DNA of 64,000 nucleotides from Balanoglossus misakiensis (lineage: Eukaryota; Animalia; Hemichordata), in contig CM082592.2 of the NCBI GenBank assembly GCA_040954595.2, positions 6,745,677 to 6,809,676 of the forward strand, given 5' to 3'. Below the pieces are notes generated by a model. That model searched no databases. It was not told the DNA's origin and saw nothing but the letters and a program-made list of their open reading frames with translations. The first letter of the stretch is position 1. Each line of letters opens with the position of its first letter. Below are positions 24,558 through 36,511 of this stretch, piece by piece. The position numbers and the translations under genes are program-made.

Positions 24558-26224
24558 ATGGTTTCTGTGGTCTTGTGTTTGTGCCAGCGCTGTAAAATGA
24601 CGCCTGTCTTGTTCCTCCTGGTTCTGCCCGTTGTCGTAGCAGCGTACCTGATATACACCCTGCACAAACAGATGCTGGTGTTCCCGGCCAGCGAGACCAG
24701 CCGGGAGCACCAGTTCCGCATCTCCCACCTGCAAGGCCTGGTGGAGGAGCTGAACGGCGAGATCGCCGAGACCGTCGCCGAGCGGGACCGCCTCCGGGAG
24801 AAGGTGCAGTTCCTGGTGGGCAACCTGAGCCAGCAGTTCCAGGCCCTGTCCAAGGAGAACGGTGACGCCTGGGTCGAGAAGTACCTGGAGATCTACCTGC
24901 AGGACGGCTTCGGGAGCGAAGAGTTCTGGGGCTGCAGGCAGATAGACACCATACAGGTGTTGTCGAACATCGGTCAGGGATACAGCAAGTTGGTTCAGGA
25001 GGGCGTGTATGGCAGGACTCGCGTCGCCGTAAAGAGCGTCTCTCCGGTCGTCAGAGACGTGCAGAGTTGTCTAAAATCGAATAACTACAAGAAGACGGAG
25101 GACTGCCACTTGCTGTCCAATTATAAACTCTTGAAAGAGGCGCTCATGCTGAAAGAGCTGAAACACGAGAATATCATCAAATTGCTGGGTATCTGCGTTC
25201 GCAGTGAAAACCCAAGCCCCTACATCCACGAGAGGGGGATTACATCAGTGGTCGAGCTGGGATCCACAGATTCTGTCCATCAGCTGAATAAGTTGCCATG
25301 GTTACAGAGGTTAAAGGTCAGTCACCTTGGAAATCTTTACTGGACATTGGTCTGAGAATTAAAAATTTCAGAACCTCGTTAAAATTCAGTTGACACAAAT
25401 TGTCTCTACCGCATAATGAAGGAACAATATTGTCCCTCTCTTTTCTTCCCATCTTATGTGTCACCTGTGTTTATTTTTGCCAGATATGCCAATCTCTGGC
25501 CAGTTTGCTGAGCTATCTGGCCGAGTCACCTCTGGGTAGTCTACGCATCTCGGACTTCAAAGAAGAACAGTTTGTCATGGTGGACAGCGTCCTCAAGCTG
25601 TCCGATGTGGATGATGTCACCAATCTGGAGCCGTCATGCGACGACAACTTGAAATGTGTACTTAACGGACGAGAGATAGGTCAGAGCAAACTGAAAAAGT
25701 TTAAATCCGCAAGATTGTTTGAGCTTGTTCGTTGAGTTTTCATATTGTTAGTATTACACATCAAAGCATGTCCGAAGCTTGGAGCACCTTCAGAAACTGG
25801 TTTACTTTACCTGGGAAAATAAATTCTCTCAGCGACTTTGTTTAAAGTCGTATGAAGAGGATTGCAGTTGCATGATGTAGAAAAGCAAACATTTCTGTGT
25901 TTAACAGTGTATATGTTTGACGTTGATGGGTGTGTAAATAAAACTCCCCTCACACATTCATATTTGATGTTGCGTCTTGCAGGAATTGAGTGCCAGAGCA
26001 ACTACCGCTGCGTGGGGATGAACTCAAGACAGAACTTGCTCAGGGCCCACGAGCTCTTCATCGATCCGTTGCTGCGTCACGACGCACCGGCAGAGTTGCA
26101 GAAGAGCGTGACTGCGTTGCTGCAAGACGTCGAGAGTTTGAACGTTGATGCCGGCGAACTGCAGCTCAGCCTGCGACGCTTGGAGGAACAGTATCACAAG
26201 ATGAAGAAAGAGCCGTCGTCGTGA
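24558..26224 (+). CDS. PKDCC: PKDCC/VLK-like extracellular (secretory-pathway) tyrosine kinase, ~398 aa
   Basis: ATG in ccaccATGg context. Exons 24558-25316, 25484-25679, 25983-26224 (1197 nt, in frame). N-terminal hydrophobic anchor; GC.....I.....IGQGYSKLV, VAVK, LLKEALMLKELKHENIIKLLGIC, ESPLGSLRISDFKEEQF, LKLSDVDD (VLK-type catalytic loop and DLDD-like motif). Confidence 0.8.
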
Positions 26225-26863
26225 TTTGAACACTTTCACTTGCCACCACCACCAAAGCTTCACTTATGCAAAAAAAACAACAACAACATTTTATTACAAT
26301 TCACAATTGTATACAAAATACACAGCAAGCGTCTCGTGTTTGTCCACTATGGCAAATATAAAACACCAATGACAAATATCGGTCGGTTCATACATATACA
26401 ATAAAAGTCTTTTGTCTGGCATTAAAGATCATGATGGTCCTCTCAAATGTACAAGGTAGGGAACATCACGAAGGCCAGGCATAAACGTCTAAAAAATAAA
26501 AATTCACAGAGGAAACAATTGCAGTGTGAAACTTGAAATGCTGTGATACTGCATCTTGCATCTTGAGGCAGGGGATCCAGTACAGATACATCACAGTGAG
26601 AAATTGGATATTTCTTCTGCACAGTAGTCTTCCTAACACACAAGGTTTCCTGAAATTTATCAATCTGAACTGAATATGTGTAAATATCTTAAGTCTACCC
26701 TAAATATGTATTTTAAAACATTTAAAGGGCAACGATCGTTGGATTATTATCCTTCACAAGTTGGTGTGGTATACCAAAATGCCTGGCAGGAACACTGACA
26801 GTGTATACTGTTTACCATAAGTACATTAGCTATACAAGTTCAAGGCAAAGTCATCTGGAAATT

Positions 26864-29800
26864 CTACTTAGCATCTAGTGATTGCAGTAACTTGGAACAA
26901 TGTTGCTTGACCACGCTTGTGCTGTTTCTTCCTCCTCTCGCTGAGAACACACTGCCCGGAGTGGCCGCTCCCGACGCCCTCACATTCTGGCTGATATTTG
27001 ACAGTTTCTCAGCGGCCCGGAGATTTTTCAGTACCTGCAGAAAACGAGGATGAACACTTCCACAACACTGCTTGTGACACTTCCATTAAAAAGGCAGTCT
27101 TTCTGGTTTTGGTTGTGAAAAAAAGGCTGTAATATTGCATTTATTTCAGAACAGCATTAAATGATGCATAAAAACAAGACAGAATGTTGTCCAAGTGTGT
27201 TACATTACTCCTAGGTTATTAACACAACTCAGATAGTTTGGTGTGCTGCTTTCAGGAGAAAAACGCATCACCAACTCCTAAAATAATCAAAATTTGGTGC
27301 AAAGGTTCATTGCATATTTTCACCATCCTATCCTTTGCCTGCCTTACCTCTTTCAGCTGTTTGTGTTTGGCCAACGTTCGCAGCGCAACCAGAGCCGTTT
27401 CCTGTGTGGCGTGTTGACTGTCATGACACGACACTTCAAGTAAACTGTCAATGATGGAAAGATAAAAGTCAATGCAAAGACCAAAGTGTGGTGAAATTAT
27501 TCCTTGTTATCCCTGATCACAAATACATTTCCAATCTCACCAGCAAAATAAAAATGCACAGACAAGTGAGAAATTACAAAAGGCAAATCTACACATCAAC
27601 AGAAATGCCAGGATGTAAGGTCATACAGGGGTCACTCACGCAAGCGCCCAATCACAACACAGATGATGGTTTTCTCTCTACTCACCCCTGCACTGCTTTG
27701 GCTTTGATCAGCTGTTTAGACAGGGACCCAGAATGCATTGCTAGATTACCAAGGGCACCTGAAACATAAAACCATTTAATGATCACAAATGTATTGCTAA
27801 CACTGGCCTGAAAGTCGTAAACTGGTATTTGATTGAACAGCTATATGCTATGGTGTTGCAAGTAATATCACCATGATATGTCACAGAAATATGCAGTGTA
27901 GAAAGCAAAATACAGACCAGCAGCATTGGCTCTTGTCTTGGACATACTGTCTCCCAAGAGATCCACCAATATTGGTATACCGGCCGATAGTTGAGTGTAC
28001 AACATGTCATTGTGGAAGGCTGCATTACCCACAGCAAAACTGGCTGTCTGTCATGACAAAGAATATATGCATACATTGCTGTATAAGTATGTAAAAATTA
28101 TTGATCAAATCTCTTGTTGATTTCTGTAAAATAAATGGTTATCAATGTAATAAATTAAAAGTTGACAGCAACTCACCTTCCTGACGTCATTATCATCACT
28201 GCTCAGACATTTCAAAAGGAAAGTAATCAGTATATCCTTCGACTTGAGAACGCTGTAGAAATCCTTGGAGTATCGCAGCATATTTCCCAGCATCCCACAA
28301 CCACGACACTGGACGGTGGTATTCTTGTGTGATAGTATGGTTTTCAGAGGGTCATAGTTACCTGTATGATAGGATGGTGAAAATATACAATTAACCTTTG
28401 CACCCAATTTGTTGGTATGCGCTACTGGTCCTGAAAATATAGTTCATTCATACCTTTACCACCATCGCCCTTGAGAGCATTCTTAAGCAGCGGCAGATTC
28501 TCTTCGGACGTTCTTGCAAGATGTGAAAACAGCGACAATGCATCAGCTTGGACGGACTCTGAACACAGGGTAGATATCAGTGTACCCAACAGTGACTCGG
28601 CCTACAATACAATGAAGAATGGGAAGAGGGATAAACATATGTGTAAAGAATGCAAACTACATGTATAAAGTACATGTATTACCGGTACCTAGTATGCAAT
28701 TCAAATTCAAGGAATTCACATGAAAGTCAATGTTCTTGTTGTACAATGAGATATCTATTTTCAGGTAGTACTGGGAAAATTGGCAAGAGAGATGCAAATT
28801 AATGAAATGCAAACATACCTTGTACATTCGGATGGCCTCTTGAAACTGGACTATAAAAACACTCTCACTGAGGATAAGCCTGACCATTAGACCTACAGAA
28901 CAAGAAAGTGCGATATATTTCATTTCCTGTGATTGATTTGTACAAAGACTTCATTGCTGCGTGAATCAATACAGCACAGTGGATTCCAAGTTCGATTCTC
29001 ATAAAAATACACCATTCTATTTACCTATGGGCGTTGTCAGCTGGTGTGGTTGCAAGTAAGTCTTGCAGACGTAGACCAGATTGGTGATGATCTGACACTG
29101 GTGCATACTCTCCAGGACGCTGCTCAGCATGTCGTCACTGACGTCAATTGCATAGGGAAAACACAGCAGCTGCGAGACTTGCAGGACGATGTCAACTATC
29201 ATGTCCATATAGTTGACCTCTTCGGTTGATCTGTCATTAAAATTAAATACTAGTAATTGATTTGAAATAGTTTTTATACAACAATAACAGTAACACTGGA
29301 GTGGTTACTTCACCGAACTCGTACCTGTTTTGTAGTCCTGCTAGGAATTCTTGTGACAAGAGAGCACTGAAACACAACATCACTACACCGTCTGGGTCGG
29401 CCAAAAGTGGAACACACTGCATGGGTTCCTGGAGAAACAAAATATATGGACAAGAGCCATTGGTGAATTTTTAGTACATCAAACTCTGTGTACAATGTAT
29501 TACATCAACTTCATAGCAATGACAGAGAAAAAAGCCCCCTAGCTCTGTTAGAAACCACCCACCTGTGTGAAGACCTGAGTGGCCAGCTGTATGACGGCCA
29601 TCAGACCCGATGGCGAGATCAAGTTCCATTCCGGTGTGCTGAGGGCTTCAAATGCCCCCTCCTCTCCATCTTCAATGTCATGTATAGGCATGTTGGTGTT
29701 TGGGTCGTTCACTCTCAGCATCTGTGCCAGTCTGTGAACAAAAATTATGTGAGGAAAATGTTTACAAAAATTAAGAGCTCTGATTTGTTTGAAATATAGA

Positions 29801-32800
29801 AGAACACTTCACTCTACTTGGAATTTCTTACTTTCTGACATCTCCATCCAACTCAGAAGGAGTCGTTGATACCATTGTCTCAGAGGGGTGAGAAGGGTGA
29901 ACCGTACCTGTGCCACACCATACTCCACACACTGGAATCTATGATCATATCAGCCACAGCTGCGTCTCGTACGCTGACAAACTGACAGAGCAGAAGGAAG
30001 AGTCCGTCCAACACGCCATAATCAAACGGACACCGTACGCAGATCTGTAGATCACAATAGAAACATGACACAAAAACAATGAGTTTCAGACACTGGGTTT
30101 ACATTCTCCACGCATGACACTACAGTTTCTCATGTAGTGCACTTTGCCCCCCAAATCAGACAGTACATTGAATGTTTAGGTACACTTTTGATATGCTTCT
30201 GACTTGGGACAGACAACACTGTTTTCAAGCGAGCGGTTTTACAGCCTACAATGTACATGTATGACAGCCACTGAATGTATTAATTCTCCTACCTGTGCCA
30301 GATCTGTGAGGGTCGCACTAGCTGCACTCAACAACTCCTCTTGTGGAACCTCCACTGCAACACCGGCGTACAGCAATTGACTGATCAGAGTGGCAGCTGC
30401 TGCCTGGAAATTGGCAACAATCAAACAGAAAAATCAGAGTTACCAGCCCCCTCTAAAGATGACATTGTTTTATTTCAAATCACTGTAGTTGCAGAATTAT
30501 GGAAACGACACTTACTGTGTGACTTGCGATTTGAGAATCCAAAAACACTGCAGTGAAAAGGATATTGACGTCTTTTAATCTGTGAAAAAAAATTGGAAAA
30601 AAACACATAATTATTCCTTGGAAAAGGTTTGTTACCTAAAGGACATTGAACGATACACACAACTGACAATGCAACATAATTTTTTTAACAAAATAAATTA
30701 CTTCACACATGTGACAGAAATACTTATGCAATGGTCAAGGAACTTTTTCCCTTTGAAAGAAAGAAAGAAATATGTTTTAATACCATGATGGTACTTACTT
30801 GTCAGGAACATCTCTGAGTTGAATCAGAATTACTGTCAGGGTGTGTAAGGTCAATTCGTACACTGTGTTCTGACTCATGTCAGCCAGCTCGACCTGTGTG
30901 TAGAAGACACGACAAAACAAAGCTATTATTTCACCACACCCAAGAACTTCAACACAAAGCAAAGAACATACCCACCACACAAGCACACCCAGTTGATTTT
31001 TATAATGTGCAGTACCACCACCCAAGGGATTGTATAAACATACATTCAACATTCAGTGAATATTTTCCAAATGTTCTCACCTTGCCTTGCAGGATTAATA
31101 ACAAAGACGTCAGGTGGTAAGACCTTGTGACAAGATATTCACAGATTTGAGTCGACATCTGGCAGCATGAGTACAAAATCTGAAACAAAATGACCGCAAG
31201 TGTCAATATTTTTTCCTATCAGTTTTATCAGCATAACAGAACCAAAATTTTTCACTATTTTTTTTCAAACAAAGACTGCCATTTCCCTTATTGTGAAAGT
31301 CTGTAGAATCACACTAGGGGAAATGAATGGCGGATCAACAGGTAAAAGTTCGTGTAGAAGCATACCTTCAAAGTATTTTCACAATTACTGGCGTGTCTGA
31401 GCTGTCTCAGCAGGTTATCAGACACCGCTTCGTGTTTCCCATCGATCAATTTCTCGGCCACGCACAGCGCCATCTTTCTCTTGCCATCCAGTGCCTCCCC
31501 GCCGTTATTAGCTGGGAGGTTGACGATGGACGCCAGGGCTCCAATACACAGGCTGACCGCCTGCTCGTACCTTTCGGCTGCCTCCTGGGGGTCCCTTGTT
31601 GCCGCTGAAAATAGAATGTTAGCGTTCTGGTAAAATCGTCAGATCCCAGAATATGCACAGTAGTCTTACAAGTATTCAAGTTGACAGCATAGACGTTTGC
31701 TAGTGCTATATGGTCAAACAGTGTAGGGCACACTTCATAAGAGATGGCACTGATGAAATGGCACCACCAGAGTGTGTGTCCCTCTATCTGACACAAAAAC
31801 ACTGGACCTCACCTTCAAGTTTCTGCAACATGGTTTGATCTTTCAGCGTAAGCGACAGCAGCGAACCCATCACGTCAGAATGGGCCGTGGCCAGACTGCT
31901 GTAAAAGCCGTCGCAGAACACGGCCGGCGTGCTGTCTATCAACTCGCAGATGTAAACCAGACACTGGAGGGAGATAAGAATCAAACAGACTGTAGTATTA
32001 AATCAACAATTTACGATAAGTTTATTGAGTACTGGTAAAAGTAGTCATGATGTACATCTACTCAATCAGGAGTGGACAAAACAGCAACATGCAATACCAG
32101 ACTAGTCTACTCTGCAAAGATTTGGTTGCTATTAGGTATTCATGACACAGAATGTATTCCACTCATTTTCAGGCCAGAACTGGTCAGCTACATACAAAAT
32201 TCAGGGGGAGAGAAGAGCATTCAACTTACATAGATAACTTGTTCCCTCAATGCCAACATGTCATCCTGTTTGTAAGCCATCAGTGCTGGAACTATCCCGC
32301 AGAAGTTCAGCCCAAGCATCATGAAATCCTTCACGCTACAACAAGTAATGGGAAAAGGCAACAAGAAATGTAACCATCTACTTCCAAAGGACTTGGAACT
32401 GAATCTGCAGAATTACACTCACATTTCTATGTTGTAGTTTAATAGTTCTATTAACTCAAGGAATGTTTTTTCTTACTTGTCCAAATTGATGGAAGAGCCA
32501 GCGTCGCTGACAACATAGGATGTGATTGTTGACACCAGGTCCATCAGGATCTGTAAACACCACGGTTGCTAGGGGGACAAATTGAGAACGATATGGATAT
32601 GACCACTGACTTGATGACTATAAATTGATTAGGTAAACTGCAGACTGTAATCACATAATTACCTTTTTGACGTTTGACTTGTCTTGCAGCTGTTCCAGCA
32701 GCTGCAGGGGTTGGTTGGGAATCCCCACTGTGTTGTTAAACTCCTGTAAGAGATTGGGCGGACTGCAGACCACAAAAAAAAAAAAACAAGATTAGCTAAA

Positions 32801-35497
32801 ATAGCAGAAACCGTGGTCAACAGGCAACACATTTCAGAACAGACAATATCACATGCGCATATTGCTAACATGACACTATCTATCATATTCCACTAGGGCC
32901 AAACTCCATCAGCTGCAGTGGGCGTAAACATAAGTCAGGGATGACTTGCTAACTAAAAACTTACTTTCTGCTTGCTAGTATGTTCATGATGACCCTCAGG
33001 ACCTGGCGTAGCCTGGACGCCCCTTCTAACATTCCCTCTAACACCTGGCTGGTGGACGACTTCAGCCGGGCGGCAAGCTTGGCGCTGAACGATTTGTCTT
33101 GCAGGAGTTCGTGGATGGACGGCGGGTCGGCTGCTGATGGGTCCGTCACTTCGCACAGATGGTCCCACTCATCTTCACTGTCTCCCTCCTGGAGACAATG
33201 TGACAAATGGATAAAATTTCACGTGATCATAATGCATGGAGAGTAACATGATTAGATTAATAATGCACACAGAGTAACAATGTGATTTTTGATGGATAAA
33301 TGCTGGTAGATCCTTTTATCTGAATGGGTACCTCTCAGTATAGACAGATCATACCTAATGTATCTCTAACCACTTTATTCAGCGATATTATTTGAGATCA
33401 TATATGTCCAGCAAACATTCTCTGTTCACCTGAACGTGCGATGGTCAGACCAAAGAAAAACAACAGAACAAACCTCATCTTCCAATTTGACATGTTCAAA
33501 ACTCTTCCTCCCTTTCTTGACAACTTTCCGGCCTTCCACCTCCACTTCTGGGAATTCCTTGGAATAGTCTTCTTCTATCCTGTCATTCCTGGGCGTGGGC
33601 TCTGACTCCGGATTTTTCTCGTCCCATCCGTTCCCTTTGTCCTCCTTTGTCCAGGCTTCCTGCTTCGCTGGCTGTTTCTGCTGAAATTAATACAGTTACA
33701 GCCAGGACTCAGTTAAACATGTTACACTGTCCTCTGTACATGTCAGACTCTCACCACAAGCTTAAACCAGAGAGTAGCTTTTATTTTTGCTTACCGTAAT
33801 CACTGACTTCATATTTATAAACATGACAAACTCTCACATCATACCTGTTTCTCTTGTTTGTCTTTCGCTTTCTGTTGCTGTCTGGCTTTGATCTTATTCA
33901 TAATGGTTGTTCCTGGAGGTTGATTGGACGATTTCTCCCTCACAGCTTTCTCTTTGGCCGCTATGACTTCTGGACTCTGTTCCTTTGTCAGGGGGCTCTG
34001 CAGATCAATGGCCATAGACTCTCTTGCTGCAATAAAGAATCCATGGGGAGAAAGGTTTGAAAATATTCATCTTTATTCAAAATAATGAAAAGACATGGCC
34101 ATATGAACCATCTGAAAGGGAATTAGGATAATCAGTCCTACATACCATTGACACCGTGAGCTACAAACGGATGGTGCAAGAGCTGTGGCCATGACAACCG
34201 CTTCTTTGGATTCTTAGTCAGCAGCCCCTGCAGGAAATCCTTGAAATGGGGGCTCATGTTCTTCGGCCATTTCACAGGGTCCTGAAGAATACACATTGAA
34301 AACATGTCACTGACTAAAGAGGTTTAATGGCTGTTAAGATGAACTTGAAGATATATGTGGGCAATATGAAAGTATGCATACTAAAATCACTGACTCAGCA
34401 GATATATGTATATTCTCACCTTTATAATGAGACTGACAAGTTGAAATATGCTGTTTGTGTAGAAAGGTGGAGTGCCCACAAACAGTTCATACAAGATGCA
34501 ACCCAGAGACCACAAATCTGCCGTGTGATCATATGGTTTCTCTTCAACCAACTCTGGTGACATGTACAGAGGTGTGCCCTGTGAACAGCAGTAAAAAAAA
34601 AGCAAACAGAAAAATGAACTCATTTTTTTCAATTGACAGTAGTATAGTTGGTACTCGGAGCCCATCTACAATACATACGATTCAATTTCCGAATCTTTCA
34701 ATCATATTATGAAATTTGGCATACCTTGATGGAGGTCAAGACCAGTGTATTTATACTCATGGCTCTGGCAAAGCCAAAGTCACACAGCTTGACCACCCCA
34801 CCTTTGCCCAGGAGGATGTTCTGTGGCTTCATGTCTCTGTGCAGTATTCGATGCGAGTGCAAGTAGAACAGTGCCGATACCAGATCGCATGCTATGCTCT
34901 GTACCTGTCAATGAAGAATCCAGAAAAGAAGCCTGATTAACCCTTTCACCCCAGTTTCCATGTGTAGATGTCCAGCACTGCCATTGAGAACAATTGCAGT
35001 TGGACCAAACCATGGTGATGAAAGGAAGGATTTCATTTTCCCTCACCTGTTCTTCTGCTAAATTGCCATCGTCTTCTAGAATTTGAAACAGTTCACCTTC
35101 AGCATAGTCGGTAACAGCTACCACCTGTAAAACATTCAGATATCAACATACATCATCTAATCATGAAGATGAGTTATGGTCAGTACATATAATGAACTAA
35201 TTGTTAAATTTTCATTCTTGTGTGTGGTGATTGATGTACGGATTTACTTGTAGGGAGATATTTCACACCAACCTCTTTCTCAGTCTCAAAGCTATCCAGC
35301 ATCTTAATGATGTTATCGTGGTTGAGTCCCCTCATAATGTCAATTTCTCTTCTCAAACTCTGCAGTTCCTTCTCTGTACGACCAACTTTCGGGATAAATT
35401 TCAGCGCTACAATCTGTGGTAGATAAAGAAGTTAATTGAAGTCTTTTCAGTAGCACTGAGAACACATCATTTCACAACAGGTGGATGATGGTGATGG

Positions 35498-35582
<85 letters not shown>

Positions 35583-35672
35583 ACTAACCTGACCAGTGTA
35601 TTTCCGTCTTCCCTTGTACACTCTACCGAAAGAGCCCTCTCCAATCAGCTCAAGCACATGATAATTATCCAT
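26864..35672 (-). CDS. STK36: Serine/threonine kinase 36 (Fused homolog): N-terminal kinase plus C-terminal HEAT/ARM region; multi-exon
   Basis: Exon 35589-35672 encodes [28 protein letters not shown]. Later exons give [17 protein letters not shown]-like, [103 protein letters not shown]. The last coding exon is 26864-27035 (stop TAG). A 5'-UTR exon donor lies near 36075. Confidence 0.95.
35484..35582. repeat. (GAT)n microsatellite immediately inside the intron following the first coding exon of STK36
   Basis: About 33 trinucleotide units, starting 6 nt from the GTTAGT donor. Confidence 0.97.
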
Positions 35673-36289
35673 TATGGAATTTCCTTATTTCAGACACTGT
35701 TTAGCAAGACATACAAAATTGGTTTACAGAATAGATATAACTGATTATTGATTGAAAATCCATTTAATTATACAGGTTGATAGTATAACCAGACAAAATT
35801 GGAAACAGAATAGCTCTTTTTCTAGTACTTTGTATACTGCAGAACAGAGGGCTGGTACTAGCATAGGGATATCAACTGAGCTGGCGACTAATTTTGATGG
35901 ACGAGGATATGGAGTTGTAGGGATAAAAACAATATGTACAAGTTTGATATAACCACGATCCTGTCACTAGACTTCTAGACCGTAACAGGAAGTTGCATTA
36001 ATTAAGTTTAAACCCAGCTGGGCCGAGCTTGGTGAACAGCAGTGGGTGATCATGTCAAAATGTAAACAATCTCACCTGTACGTCCAGTGTGCAAACTACT
36101 GAAGTAAAAATAAATCCGGGAACTTGAAACTGAAATTATTTTACAGGATTTGTGTTCTTTCTTGGGATCTACTGAATAACCTTCTACAAACAGATGAAAT
36201 CGGTTACTCCATTCTTCATTAGGTTTTGAAACGTCAAAAGATACAGGTCACAACACATTTCTGTGGATTTTGGCTTCGAAAATCTGCGC

Positions 36290-36511
36290 CTTCTATTGAG
36301 CATGCGTAAATATTTGACCTTTGACAAGAAGCTACCTTTGCCAGTACGTTGTCATTTTAAAGCTATTTTATTCTGAGCAAGAGTCTGAAATAACAAAAAC
36401 TATAATTTGCGTTAATTAGATTCACACTCATTTTAAATACGCGTTTCTGTAAAAGTGCCGTTTTCATGACGTCATGAAGGCCAAAGGTGAAGTTTGTTTC
36501 TAAGATGGCGG
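36290..36511. promoter_or_regulatory. Bidirectional promoter between STK36 and DNTTIP1
   Basis: Head-to-head genes under 0.5 kb apart. It contains a perfect 16-bp palindrome ttcaTGACGTCAtgaa (CRE, 36463-36478), a YY1-type AAGATGGCGG over the DNTTIP1 ATG (36502-36511), and an NRF1-like gcatgcg near 36300. Confidence 0.6.

Noticed and set aside
30556-30566. ATATCCTTT U12-type donor on the minus strand
   Set aside because: It lies inside an ordinary GT-AG STK36 exon ([21 protein letters not shown]) whose phases fit.
35447-35744. Poly-Ser, poly-Ile and poly-Asp ORFs
   Set aside because: They read through the intronic (GAT)n repeat; only 35589-35672 is coding.
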